This document shows, piece after piece, positions 14,200 to 27,069 of a stretch of 64,000 nt of DNA. The notes beneath the pieces are model-generated. The model saw only the letters and a list, made by a program, of their open reading frames with translations, made no database searches and was not told where the DNA came from. The DNA lies in contig NC_043005.1 of assembly GCF_006345805.1 (NCBI RefSeq), positions 48,918,001 to 48,982,000 on the forward strand, given 5' to 3'. Source of the stretch: Octopus sinensis (taxonomy: Eukaryota). How positions within the stretch are numbered: position 1 is the stretch's first letter; every line of letters begins with the position of its first letter. Made by a program: the position numbers and the translations under genes.

Positions 14200-15403
14200 T
14201 ACTGAAGTGAGTCAAACGTCTGGCAATATTTGCATACGTGCTAGTTTGCGATGTGCATACCACGTAACCGAAGCAGTTCAAGACGTGGAAGGTACCCGCT
14301 GAGACTGGTAGTATCATGGTAGCTGGTGTGCTGACATATTGTGCATCGTTACACTCCGTATGTTAGTTAGTTAGTTAGTTAGTTAATTTGGCTCAAAAGC
14401 AAATAGCAAGGCCATGTAGGGGGACATGGAGTTAAGTACAGGGTGGTGTTCATGTAAAGAGTTCAGGCCACTTGAGGTCCAGGGAGGCTTTGAACAAAGC
14501 GGTCGTCGGCATCTTCACCATCTCGTCTGGCAGCTTGTTCCACGGATCCGCAACCCGGACGGAGAAAGCTCCTCTCCTTCGATTGAGATGAAATCGTCGC
14601 AGGTAGAGCTTTTCGGAATGACCCCGCAGCCGACGCTCCGGAGCAGGAGTGAAGAACAGTATGTGATTTAGAAGCCACACAGATAAGCGTACAACGTAGC
14701 CTAATTCGAGAACTTATGCTTTATGGGTTTGAATTGAGCCATAACGCCGCAGAAGCAATCAAAAGCTTTTGTTGTGCGAAAGGTGAAAGCGCAGTTGAAT
14801 ACAGTGCAGTATCCAGATAGTTCAAGAAATTTCGCTCGGAAGAATTAGGCAGGGTCAGGTAGACCAAAAACCGTGGATTCCGAGGTTGTGCTCCGAACCA
14901 TAGGGGTAAGTCCGGCGCGTAACACTCGAAGAGTATCAAGCGAACTGGGGGTCTCACGGGCATATGACATTGTACGGCAAAAATACCCAGTATTAGACAC
15001 CAGAAAACAAGCTCTTCTACAGCAAGACAACGCAAGACCTCAAAGTGTTTGAATGACCCGAAATAAATTCCAAGAATTTAAGGGGTTCGAACTGATGCCA
15101 CACCCAGTATATAGTTCGGATCTAGCTCCCTCGGATTATTACTTGTTCCGATTCATGGCTAACTTCCTGTGCTCGCGACGCTTCATCTTCATCAATCAAA
15201 AGGAGGTAGAAGCTTCAGTAAAGGAGTTCTTTGCCTCGAAGGACAAGAACTAGTATCAGCGTGGGATCAAAGAATTGACAGAAAGGTAGCTCCAGACTGT
15301 GCAACACGACGGCTTCCACTTTAAATGCTAGACTGCTTTTGTTGTAACTTGACGAATAAAGCAAATAAGTTATCAGAATATTGCGAAAGCTTTGACACAA
15401 CAC
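14200..15403 (+). mobile_element. Internally deleted mariner (Tc1/mariner) element, interrupted by a CR1 fragment
   Basis: N-terminal HTH RELMLYGFELSHNAAEAIKSFCCAKGE (~14705-14950) joined to C-terminal LQQDNARP...HPVYSSDLAPSDYYLF (~14955-15300). Imperfect TIRs gtgagtcaaacgtctggcaatatt (~14207) and aatattgcgaaagctttgacacaac (~15377-15401). Confidence 0.75.
14362..14690 (-). mobile_element. CR1-like LINE 3' end with (TAAC)n tail
   Basis: RRLRGHSEKLYLRRFHLNRRRGAFSVRVADPWNKLPDEMV (CR1 C-terminal RGH..KL / FS.RV...WN.LP motif); tail gttagttagttag at 14363-14385. Confidence 0.8.
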
Positions 15404-15437
15404 AAACGCAAGCTTACTTCTTTCTACATTAATAACT

Positions 15438-15720
15438 GTGGAGGCGCAATGGCCCAGTGGTTAGGGCAAGGGACTCGCGGTCGGAGGATCGCGGTTTCGA
15501 TTCCCAGACCGGCGTTGTGTGTGTTTATTGAGCGAAAACACCTAAAAAGCTCCACGAGGCTCCGGCAGGGGGTGGTGATCCCTGCTGTACTCTTTCACCA
15601 CTCTTTCTCCCACTTTCTTCTGTTGGCCTGCTCGCTTAGCCAGCGGGGTGGCGTCGTTCGAAGGCTAAAACAATGCGAACGCATTGTGACCAGCAATGTG
15701 TAGCAACATCTGATGGACTG
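15438..15720 (+). mobile_element. tRNA-derived SINE, family B (ggaggcgcaatggcccagtggttaggg...gtttcgattcccagacc)
   Basis: tRNA-like head. Related copies at about 32212-32520(+), 46222-46595(-), 45900-46130(-), 24825-25130(-), 34826-34950(-) and 35220-35500(-). Confidence 0.75.
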
Positions 15721-17278
15721 GTCAGTCACGTGATCACGTGATCACATTAATAACTACACTAAAAGGGTAGATATTTGGTTCTTTCTATAATACTCTTCAA
15801 CTGTGCTGGGCACTTTGAGGCAGCCAGTTATCAGGATTTGCTGACTCCTCTGTTATCAGTGATCCAAGGATATTAATACATTTATTTTTAACTTTTCAAA
15901 CCATACACAGAAAGGAACAAACGTTTGATTGACTGTCTTAGCTTCAACTAATTAAATTGATCTAACGTCTTTTGTCAGGTAATACAAACATAACCGTAAC
16001 CACATACTTAACGTACGAGTGTTGTTTAAACCCCAGAAGCTACGGTTTATCGTCCGAAGAAAAAAAAATCCCTTTAAAGACTGTAGTGGTAAGAAACACA
16101 ATATTCTTCAGAGATAGGTGAAACTAAATCGTCCCAGAAGCGGACACGTAAGCAATAGATAAGTATTTGGTTGTTATGGCAGCCTATCAATATCGCCAAC
16201 TCGAGTCATTCTGAATTTAGGAGAGTTTCAAGTTATTCAGTAACATCATACACTTAAACACTTTATATTTTTTCCAAGTCTCCATTATTTTAATTCATGC
16301 GTGTGTCAGATTAAAAGTGTTACGCTCGCTTGAAATTTGAATGGTAGATTTGTTTTCAGATTAATTCATTGTGGTTTTTGAAGTTGACCAGATCAAGTCT
16401 TAATCTTATTGTAACAATTCTTTTCTTTCCTCTAACGTCTCTTCGTTCCACCCCGCCTCGCTTTATTCTTAGGTGTAATTACAGGAGAATAAGAGTACTA
16501 AAGTAAAGGCGGCGAGCTGGCACGCCGGGCGAAATGCTTAGCAGTATTTCGTCTGTCTTTACGTTATGAGTTCAAATTCCGCCGAGGTCGACCTTGCCTT
16601 TCATCCTTTCGGAGTCGAAGAATTAAGTACCAGTTGCATACTAGGGTCGATCTGATTAACTGGCTCCCTCCCACAAAATTTCGGGCCTTGTGCCTAGAGT
16701 AGAAAAGAGTACTAAATTATTTTATGTTGAAATTATTGTACTTAAAGAAATTGCAACTCAAATGATACGATATAGCAGGAACGCAAAAGCAAAATCAAAA
16801 GTAACCAACTGATTCCTTTCTTTTGTGCACGCCAGTAAAGCACAAACATGGTTCCTTGTCTGGAAGTTCAAATTTAAACAGGATCTTCTGGAAATGACCA
16901 AACAACAAGAATATCTTCTTTTTTTTCTCTCTCGTGATTTTGGGGTTTTAAACTGCTGCAATAATAAGCATCGCTACAACGAAGCTGAATATTCAACTAA
17001 TTTAAACGAAGTATTGTTCACAAAGAAAACGTGAAACGAGGTATTGGAAACATCGGTGTGTGTGTGTGAAAATATGGTTGTGTGCACAAATGTATGTGTG
17101 TGTGATGACAAGTGTACTAATACTCTAGGTCTCACACACCATTTCATACTAAGATGCACAATAAAACTATAATCATCGGAACAAGAAATAGTAAAACATT
17201 AAATGTTCGTGTTTTATTTTTCTTTAAAAATGCACTTTAATATTTTCGATTTTAAAAATGTAACACTTTTCTCAAAAA

Positions 17279-17378
17279 AAAGAAGAAGAAGAAGAAGAAG
17301 AAGAAGAAGAAGAAGAAGAAGAAGAAGAAGAAGAAGAAGAAGAAGAAGAAGAAGAAGAAGAAGAAGAAGAAGAAGAAA
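17279..17378. repeat. (AAG)n microsatellite, representative of the very dense (TA)n, (CA)n, (AAT)n, (CAT)n and (TAG)n tracts across the window
   Basis: Direct reading; these tracts generate most of the low-complexity ORFs in the supplied track. Confidence 0.95.
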
Positions 17379-17520
17379 ATACAAACAGAGCAAACATGTG
17401 AATAGCATCCTTTTTCCAGGTCTACAATCGCTGATTAACTCTCTGATACTCCCCTGTTCAAACCTATACAACTTTATATATTGTGTATGCTTGTGTGTGT
17501 GTGTGTGCCAATGTATATGT

Positions 17521-17575
<55 letters not shown>

Positions 17576-18356
17576 TTGCTGGTAGTCGTACGGTATTTCG
17601 TTTAACAACCATTATATACTACTAAGAGTATTAAAGATTTAGAAGTCAATACTGTGTCCTACGTTTTTGTGTTAGCAGTGCGATTGAATCACTTCTAAAT
17701 TATCTCCACAGATATTCTATAGAACTTAGAGCCAGCACTGAAAGTTATGACGTTTCGTATACGAATACGTCTAAGTAAACAATACGATCGAAGATAGGGA
17801 AAGAGGTATTAGGTGTATATGCATATTTCAGGAGTACTTGCTCCTTCTTCAGTATCACACCAAACTCATTAACTATCCACGAGCACATTACTTAAAAAGC
17901 CACTAAGTTTAGCGGTGTAATAGATTACGTCCTAAAGTTATTAAAACACACACACATACACACACAGCAGAGTGAGGGCTTGTTCTATATACACATTTGA
18001 GTTTGAATTTGAGTGAAAAAAATTCACCTTATACAATTTAATGAGATTTAAATGCACATTGCGTTTGTGAATTGAGTTCTAAATTCTTTAGTAGTGTTGT
18101 GATTGTCAGACGTTTTCATCCACAGTATCCATTATGAGGTGATACAAACAGAACTTTCTCGTAGATTTTCCACGAGCTTTGTGAAGAGGATGTAGTAAAC
18201 ATGCTTTCATCGTCAGGCAATACCGAGTCAAACATGCGATACAGAGGAGAAGAATAAGAAACAAACGATATCTTGTATAAATGAACGCACAATAAATCTT
18301 GTGCCCAGTGTCACCGTTGTTTTTGTATAAAATACTACAATGTCCTTTGAGAAGAA

Positions 18357-18577
18357 TCAATTGATCGAATTTCTCCATTCGAATCTTGAAGTCTGAGGCG
18401 GGATATCTTCTTCAGGTGGCGGCTTTGATACTAATTCTTTGACGAATCTAAAACCACGCATAACGTGATGATGCCAACCTTCTGGTAAGATGGTAAGCAA
18501 AAGTCCAACTTCGATTAAAACCAATGCAGATATTTTCATTCCTGAAAAATGGCTATTTCTCCATACAATGTCAGCAA
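18357..18577 (-). CDS. SLC35F3/SLC35F4: SLC35F3/F4-like last coding exon: (I)ADIVWRNSHFSGMKISALVLIEVGLLLTILPEGWHHHVMRGFRF...WRNSIN*
   Basis: Acceptor tttaatag|TT. 221 nt ending in TGA at 18357-18359. The G.LL..LPE.W C-terminal TM motif is typical of the family. Confidence 0.88.
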
Positions 18578-19747
18578 CTATTAAAATAAATAAACAAAAA
18601 GCAATGAGAGATTTTAGGATGGTATAGAATAATTGATATTAATTCATACATACAGTTCTGAGATAATTCGAAACGGCAGATATACGTTTTCCTTTTGATA
18701 AATATAAAATTTTAACCTCACTGAGTCAAAGTTTGAGAGGGGAAAGTGCGACTATGTCTGCTCACGATTGTTGTTGTTATATATAATGTATTGAGTATTA
18801 AAGGAAGTAGTGAGTACTTAGTATGAAAGATTAAGAAAATGAGAGAGACTGAAAAAACGTGTTAACGATACGAGATACTTTATTAGACTGCCGTTGTTGT
18901 ACAAGGTATTTGTTGTGGCGGGAAACTTACTGAATGTCCTTGTATCAAGGGAGACAATGGGCAACGTTGATTGTTCATGTTTGTTGTGATGATTACATAA
19001 CAACGATAACCGAATTTCCCCCAAATAACACTCTACAAAATAGTTCTGAATACACCGATAATATACATATATATATATATATATATATAAATTTCTGCCC
19101 GATATAAGCAAAAAAACAAAGTTTGGACAATGCACAACTCAAGAGCCTTTGATGCAAGTCGGACGAAGTGCCACTCTAATGTATAAAACCGCAAATGATA
19201 CGTACATTTTCACTGAAATTTTACGTAACTGGCGTTGAAAGCAAAGTTGGCACAGAAACAATTGTAACTGGTCATTAAAGATGCATTAAAGTATTTCTTA
19301 GTTTTATCATTTGATTATATTTTACTCTTCGCTAAAGCCCCACGGCGGTTTTACCGTCGTGATACCATGATTTTCGACACCTGAAGAATTTCGATATTAA
19401 TACGGAATCTGATAGTGTTGGTAGCTCAGAACTCGGGTTGAGAGCTACATTAGAAATACTCTGTCTTTATGCCTTACCAGGACTTTATATTAACATATAT
19501 TATATATATATATATATATATATCAGGGACAACACTCTTCACTCTTCCCCCTCCTTACTCTGAAAATATAAGGTGTGACTGGAGAGGGCTTTGTCAGCTA
19601 TTTCTTGTAGTGTACGATCGCGTGCAAGTTCTTCAGCATTTTACAACTCTCATGTAACGAATGAAGTACTGCACACGTTTTGTCAAACTCTTAATCATTG
19701 ATTAACAGAAAGACAATTGTTTAAAAATAATGATAAATCAAGCTTAC

Positions 19748-19837
19748 TTGCACCCAGAGGAATGCCAAATAGAAGAGCTGTTTCTATGAAGAAGGTGATT
19801 GTGAAGACTCCTGAATAATTAAATACCAGTTGGTGTG
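19748..19837 (-). CDS. SLC35F3/SLC35F4: SLC35F3/F4-like exon: (A)HQLVFNYSGVFTITFFIETALLFGIPLGA
   Basis: Acceptor ttttttgtag|CA and donor A|gtaagc. 90 nt, phase 1/1. The GIP..A motif and position fit the family. Confidence 0.82.
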
Positions 19838-20410
19838 CTACAAAAAAAAGTGAAAAACATTATCATAACATTTTAAAATCAGTACTTTTTCAAAAAGTCA
19901 TTAGGAAAATAGTAAATGAATAAGGAAGATTGGAGGGCAAAACTGAAAATCTGTCTTAAAGCAGTGAACCATTGAATGGCCTGTTGGATCCATATTTGAG
20001 CCCATACGTTCCCCGTGACTGCCGCATTATCGTTATTATTATTATTATTATTATTATTATTCCTTCTTCCTTCAAATTTTCTTCCGTTTCTCGCCCAGTG
20101 TTTTCCGTACACCTAGGGCAGAGAAGCTCATTGGATGCATTCCCAGATTACACATGCAAATTCACAGGTAAAATATGTATTTAAAAAATTAATAAATAAA
20201 TAAATTCATAAATGGGTGTTGTTTTCACAACGATAATGCTCTTCTCAGTACATAAGCCGTTCCAGTTAACACGATTTTTTGCACTTCCTGTAGGGATGGT
20301 AAGCCTGGTATCATTTTCAAATAGGTTTCAGTACCATTTTTTTTATCATTCCTAGAGATCCTACAATCACTGGTACTGTAGTCGCCTTGAGATGCCACAT
20401 TTTTTCAATT

Positions 20411-20421
20411 CATTATTATTA

Positions 20422-20455
<34 letters not shown>

Positions 20456-21895
20456 TTATTGTCTTTACACAGCTTCTAACGCTGTCAACTAAGGTAATAC
20501 CCTCATTTTTCGAGCACCATCTGGAGCATTCGAGCGGTTCCAAGAAGTGCTGTTTTCTGCGAGCGTTCTACCCTTATTGCAGCCCTATTTGTTCTATGTA
20601 CTTCTCAAGAATTTTACTCACTGTTCGCAGGGCTCCGACAATTATTCGTACTACTACCACCTTTTTCAGCGACTACAACTGCTTAACCTCCCAATCAACC
20701 TGTTATATCTATCGACTTTTCTTTCTTCCTTATCGGATACCTTGTTAGATGGGCATGTTATATCTATGATTCAGCATTGTTTGCTTTCTTTCTCAATTAA
20801 CACCATGTCTGGTTTCCTAATCTCTATCCCATGGTCGCACTGAATCATAAAATTCCATAGGATCTTTGCATTATCATTATATCTTCGGGTTTATGTTCGT
20901 ACCACTTTTTTGCTCTGTCATGTCCATACTTGTTGCAAAGTGTCCAATAGACAATCCTTGCTATATTGTCATGACGTCTCATATATTCTTTCTGGGCTAT
21001 TGGCGTACATTGACTGGTAATATGCCATACAGTTTCACCATTTTGTCCACAAATTCTGCACTTATCACTTTCTGATGTGTTGTCTATTCTGTATTTAATG
21101 TAATTGGTTCTTAATACTGTGCTCTTGAGCAGCACAGATTAGAGCCTCCGTTTTCGGTTTTAAGTCACTTTTAGTCATCCATAGCCATCTTTTTTTTTCT
21201 GTCTGTTTTATCTTCAAGATCCCTATGAAATTACCCACGCATTCATTCCTTTATCCACCTATTTTCAGTTTCATTCATTCTCAAATCCTTCTACAGTGCT
21301 TTATCTTTGCAATCTTCCATCCTACACAAGCCTGACCTTCTTACTTTCAATAATAGCGGTTCTGTGACATTTTTTACATACCATCCTACGTTGTTTTCTT
21401 CTACTCTAATACTGTGTTCGCATCCAGTCAGTCCTCTCCCCCTCTTTTTCTTGGTACTTACAGTCCGTCTGTGTCACGTTTTGGGTGGAGTATACTATAT
21501 CCAGTCAGCAACTTCCTTGTCTTTCTTTCAAAGCTGTTTAGTTCGTCTACTGTCCATGCGATTACCCCTGCTCCATATCTAAGGAGTGAAATCGCCCAGG
21601 TGTTCATAGTTTCAATCTTATACCGTCCATTTAATTTCGACTTAAGGATCAGTCTCAGTCTGCGCAAGTACTCCACCTTAAATTTTTATGTCATTTCTTT
21701 CTCCATCAATTTATCCATTTCCAATATCCCCAAGTACTTATAGTCCGTTTCTTGTATCTGCTGCATAACCTCCCACCGAGGTATCGCTAGCCCGTCCATA
21801 CATTTAATTTTGCCTCTCTTCAGGACTAACACCCCACACGTTTTTAGTCCGAACTCCATTCTGATATCAGCACTGAAAGTATACACTGTTTACGT
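20411..21895 (-). mobile_element. Older, degenerate R4/Dong-like LINE 3' part (different subfamily)
   Basis: MEFGLKTCGVLVLKRGK...YKYLGILE; LKSKLNG..KI...NTWAISLLRYGAG; CRICGQNGETVWHITSQC..IAQKEYMRRHD; ALLGTARML. Ends in (TAA)n at 20411-20453; many stops and frameshifts. Confidence 0.88.
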
Positions 21896-21901
21896 TGAAA
21901 C

Positions 21902-24009
21902 GTTATTATTATTATTATTATTCAGTAGTTTTATTTTTATAGCGTGCTTTCACTTCACTACCGAGCACAGCTCTGTGTGCCTTGGGTATGTGCTGTGATT
22001 TGTTGTGATGCTTGATGGTTATTGTATGGAAAGTGTTCTGCGTAGGATGTGTGCAGTGCCTAGTAGTGCAATTTTCTGTATGTTATATGTGTTTGTAAGT
22101 CCTGGTGTTTTTGTTATGTATTTGTCTGAATATTTTTTTATCATGCCTAATGCACCTACTATGATAGGAATGTTTCTGTTTTCAGATTCCACATTCTAGT
22201 TACCTCTATTTCCAGGTCTTTGTATTTTGAGAGTTTCTCCATTTCTTTTAGAGACACGTTGTCATCAGCCGGTATTGATACATCAATTAGAAAGCATTTT
22301 TTTTCTTCATGATCTCTGACAACTATATCTGGTCTGTTGGCCTTAATTTCTCTATCTGTGTGTATCGGCATATCCCAGAGTATGGTTGCTTTCTCGTTTT
22401 CTGTGACCTTTTCTGGTGTGTGCCTATACCATCTTTTTTCTGTTGTTATTCCATAATGTTGGCATAGCTTCCAATGTATGTAGGTTCCAACTCTGTCATG
22501 TCTGTGAATATATTCCTTCTTAGATAAGACTGGGCAGCTAGAGATAATATGATTTATTGTTTCTTGTCCATCTCCACATATTCTGCAGTTACTTGTAATA
22601 TTTCTTTTCATTACATGTTTTTGGTAATTTCTGGTGGGGAGGCTTTGGTCTTGTGCTGCAATTAAAAATACCTCTGTTTCTGCTTTGAGTCCTGAGCTTC
22701 TCAACCATTGCTGGGATTTTTCTTTGTCTATTTCTTTTGCGTTTAGTTTAGTCCAGTATTTACCATGAAGGGGCTTTTCTTGCCATCGTTTTATCATGGT
22801 TCGTTGCTGTTCTATTTTTAGTTTGGATTTCATTTGTTTTATAGCTTTTGTTGTTTCTTCATCATCTTCTTCTTCTTCATGTTTATTAGGTGGTATGATT
22901 TCTTGTTTGTATTTGTCAGCTTCCTTAAATACTGAGAACAGTTTTTTGTTTTGCTCGTGTTTTGCCGCTATCTGGATCAGTTTTCCTTCCTTCTGAAGTA
23001 GATATTTTTGCAGTCCTATGGTGGTTATTTTATAGTAGTTTTCCAGCTGTATAAGACCTCTACCACCTTCTATACGTTGTATATATAGTCTTTCTATGTC
23101 AGATTTTGGGTGATGCATCCTAGATCCTGTCAGTATTTTTCTTGTTTACCTATCTATTTTGGACAGTTCATTTCGTGTCCAGTTAAGGATATTGTAGCTG
23201 TAACTTATAACTGGGACAGCTAAAGTGTTGATACCTATTATCTTGTTTTTAGCATTGAGCTCTGTGTTTAGTATTGATCTAACTCGTCTATAATATTCTT
23301 TTTTTATTTTCTCTTTCATTTGTGTGTGTTGTGTCTTATCTAGTTCATGGATTCCTAAGTATTTGTAAGTTTGGCTTTGGTCTAATTCTTTTATTTCATT
23401 GGTTTTATCTAGTGTGATGTTGTTACTCTTAACTAGTTTTCCTCTTTTCAGGGTTACTTTGGCGCATTTTTCTAATCCAAATTTCATATCTATTTCTTTG
23501 GTAAATCCATGAACTGTCTTTAATAGTGTTTCCAACTGTTTGTCATTTGCAGCGTATAGTTTTAGGTCATCCATATATAAAAGGTGGCTGATCGGTTTGC
23601 CGTAACATTTATATCCGCATCCAGTTCTATTTAGCATATCAGATAGAGGTGACAGTGCCAAGCAGAAAAGGAGTGGAGAGAGCGTGTCTCCCTGGAATAT
23701 TCCTCTTCTAATGGGGATGTCTTTGGTTTTCATGAGTCCCTCTTTTGTTTGGAGGTGTAGGACTGTTTGCCATTTATTCATAGAGTGCTCTATGAATTTT
23801 ATGATTGTTGGTGCTACTTTGTTAATGGCTAGTGTTTCGAGGATCCATGTGTGGGGGATGCTATCAAACGCCTTTTTGTAGTCAATCCAGGCCATACTGA
23901 GGCCTTTCTTCTTTCTGTGGCTGTCTTCAGTTATGGCTTTATTAATCATTAGTTGATCTTTACAGCCATATGAGCCTTTGCGGCATCCTTTCTGCTCTTC
24001 TGGGAACAG

Positions 24010-24038
<29 letters not shown>
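21902..24038 (-). mobile_element. 5'-truncated R4/Dong-like non-LTR retrotransposon (RT, CCHC finger, RLE endonuclease), young copy
   Basis: RT motifs QKG..KGS.GCKDQL, IDYKKAFDS, GIFQGDTLSPLLF, LLYMDDLKLY; CRICGDGQETINHIISSC; RPDIV...FLIDVSIP. One in-frame TAA at about 23146 and one frameshift near 22170; true stop at 22019-21. (TAA)n at both ends. Confidence 0.93.
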
Positions 24039-24041
<3 letters not shown>

Positions 24042-25878
24042 GACGGTATGCTGGCAGAATCGTTAGCACAGTGGGTGAAATGGTAAGCGGTATTTCGTCC
24101 GTCTTCACGTTTTGAGTTCAAATTCCGACGAGGCTGACTTTGCCTTTCATATTGTTGGCGCCGATACAATAAGTAGCAGTTGAGCATTGGGATCGATGCT
24201 ATCGATTTATCCCCTCCCTCGAACTTGCTGGCCTTGTTCCAAAATTTGAAGCCATTGTTATTATTATCATCATGAAAAGCAGTGAGCTAGCAGAATCGTT
24301 AGCATGCCGGACAAAATGCACAGCGGCATTCTGACCATTTTTACGTTCTGGTTTCAAATCCCGCCGAAGTCGATTTTGCCTTTCCCCCTTTCGGTGTCGA
24401 AGAAATAAGTAGCAGTCAAGTACTTATTTAATCGAAAGGATGAAAGGCAAAGTCGACCTCGGTGTAATTTGAACTCAGAACGTAAAGACGGACGAAATGC
24501 TGCTAAGCATTTTTTCCCAGCGTGCTAACGATTCTGTCAGTTCGCCGCCTTAACATATAATATTTGCCAAAACTGCTTTGCGATCATGAGGTCCCGCATT
24601 CGATTCCACGAAAAGGTATCTTGGGGAAGTATTTTTTACCGTAGTCTTGAATAGAACTAAAGTGAAAATGACTGGACAGACACTGTGAAAGCTTTTCGGA
24701 TGAACGATACTTACAAAGCAAAGGACTAGTCTTGTTATACACTGTAACTTACTGATTCTGTTCAAGGATTGAGTTAAGAGTACAAGTGTCTAGGAATACT
24801 CAGCCACTTAAAAAAACTGGTATCCCATTGGTTACGACGACGCGGGTTACAGTTGATCCGATCAACGGAACAGCCTACTCATGAAATCAACGTGAAGTGG
24901 CTGAGCACACCACAGACACGCATGCTCTTTACGTAGTTCCTAGGGAGATTCAGCGTGACACTGAATGTGCCAAGGCTGGCCCTGTGGAATACAACTAGTA
25001 CTCATTTTTACCAACTGAGTGGACTGGAGCAACATGAAATCCGATTCTTGCTCAATGACAGAAGGCGCTGCCGGAATCGAACTCCCGACCTTACGATCGT
25101 TAGCCGAATATCCAAAGTACTAAGCCACGCACCTTCACTACTCAGTCATTTATACTATAATTCAATGACCAAGCAGTTCAGTCAATCGACCAACAGCAAT
25201 GCTCTGGTCTCAAACCGATTGAGATCCGTTTATTTACGACATAAAATCAGAAACTATCTCGTCTAATATATAACAGTTATATTGTTCGCCTACCTTTATT
25301 ACTTACTATTCACCATATAAAATCCAAATATTTTGTGTAAGATATGATATAACTCTTCTCTCTGATGTTCGTGGTTTACCATATAAAAACAATAGATATT
25401 TCAGGTAAAGTATAAAACAATTATTCGGTTGAATGTGTATTCATATTACGAAAATAAACTTCTACGATACTTCTGACAACTTATTGTCTGCCATAAGCTT
25501 CGCTTTTGGAATAGATCAAAGGAAACATAAGTTGGTTATTTTTTGAGAAATTGCTCACAGTTGACTGGCTTCTATCACTAAAAACCTGTAACAGTCAATT
25601 TAAATAAGGCTAATCCCTAGTTCCTTCATATCTTCGTTAAATAATAGTTCACTAAGTCGATTCATTTACCATGCACTGTAGTTTTCATGTAAGCCAAGTA
25701 ATAATCTATGCAGAGGTTTTCCCAACGATGATTTGTAAGCTCAGACGATAATAATGTTTATTATCTATATATTATTACATTTAGTGGGAAGAGAGAGGCG
25801 GCAATTTTTTCTTTTCTTGTGAAACTCAACCGGAAACGTGTTTAATAATTAAATAATTAGCCGTTGTAAATTGCTCAC

Positions 25879-26001
25879 CTGTGGTGAAGACAGCCGAAGC
25901 ACAGAGTGGCGTCCAAGGTAGATCAAACCAGTCAACGAACTCGGTTTTAGTGAAGTAAAACAAGAGGACGAATGGCCAGAGTACTAGAAGATTCGTCAAA
26001 C
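25879..26001 (-). CDS. SLC35F3/SLC35F4: SLC35F3/F4-like exon: (G)LTNLLVLWPFVLLFYFTKTEFVDWFDLPWTPLCASAVFTT
   Basis: Acceptor ttctcag|GT and donor G|gtgagc. 123 nt, phase 1/1. N...LWP....YFTK.E.W...PW..LC motif. Confidence 0.9.
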
Positions 26002-26269
26002 CTGAGAATAGAAAAGGGAAAATATATACATAAAAAAAAACATGTCTGGAAAGATAAAGCTAAAAATAAATCATTTCTTAGAACATTGACATTAAAAAAA
26101 ATTATGACTACGATTATGAAGCGAGCGCCGAGGAACAAAAGCTCAGTTGCAGCACAATTTCGATTCTACCTGAAGGCATTACATCATGCTGTTAATTTCT
26201 CTAGGACGGAAAGCTGATTGGCCAATTAACAGGTTACAATCACTAATTCACAGCCCCACTGTTTCCTCT

Positions 26270-26660
26270 CCGCTTGTCGCTTGCACTGCTACAATCACTG
26301 CCTCATACCATCACTGCTTGATCTGCCTGTCGCTTCTACCACAATAATCACTGGTTCATAGAATCACTGCTTCCTTTGTCAATTCTACCACCACGGTAAC
26401 TGTTTTATACAATCGTTCCTTCCTTTACTTGTCGCTTCTACTGCTATTAATCACTGGTACATAAACAGTTTCCTTAGCGGCGCTTCTACCACTTCGATAA
26501 CTAATTCATAGAAAGGCTTCTTCCTCTTTCTGTCTTTTACCGCTATAATTACTGAAACATAGAATCACTCTATCCTCCGTTTCTTGCTTCAATTGCTACA
26601 GTCACTGGTTCATAGATTCGGAGTTTCCTTTGTTCTTTCAATCGTTGCAACAGTCCATAC
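26270..26660. repeat. Old diverged minisatellite, ~50-bp unit (tgtcgcttctaccgctataatcactggttcatagaatc...), about 8-9 copies
   Basis: Recurrent gcttctac...aatcactgg/atcactg...catagaa motifs at ~45-55-nt spacing. Confidence 0.65.
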
Positions 26661-27014
26661 TTCGCTGAGCATGCAAATCTAGCAAAGTGTTCACCACTTA
26701 ATACCTCTACCTCTTCTCTTGCTTTTCCCACAAAAACCTAGCACCGTTTCTCTCGACAGACAAAGGGGTATATATAGGCTGGGGTAACTTCCAGAAAGTT
26801 ACCTCTACATTTTTCCTGGTGCGTTTACGTCCCCGTAAATTAGCGATTCGGCAAACGAGGCCGAAACAATAAGTACTAGGCTTACAAAGAATAAGTCCTG
26901 GGGTCGATTTGTTCGACTAAAGGCGGTGCTTCAGCATGGCCACAATCAAATGGATGAAACAAGTAAAAGAATAAAAGAAAAGAAAGAATATATTTTCGGT
27001 ATTCACACACACAT

Positions 27015-27061
<47 letters not shown>

Positions 27062-27069
<8 letters not shown>

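Noticed and set aside
18540-18545. Apparent acceptor tttttcag just before the MKISAL ORF
   Set aside because: The frame stays open upstream (IADIVWRNSHFSG) to a better phase-1 acceptor at 18578, which supplies the expected residues.
19376-19419. Hammerhead-like motif GACAC-CTGAAGA...GGAA-TCTGATA-GTGTT
   Set aside because: GAAA is mutated to GGAA and helix II is weak; at best a decayed relic.
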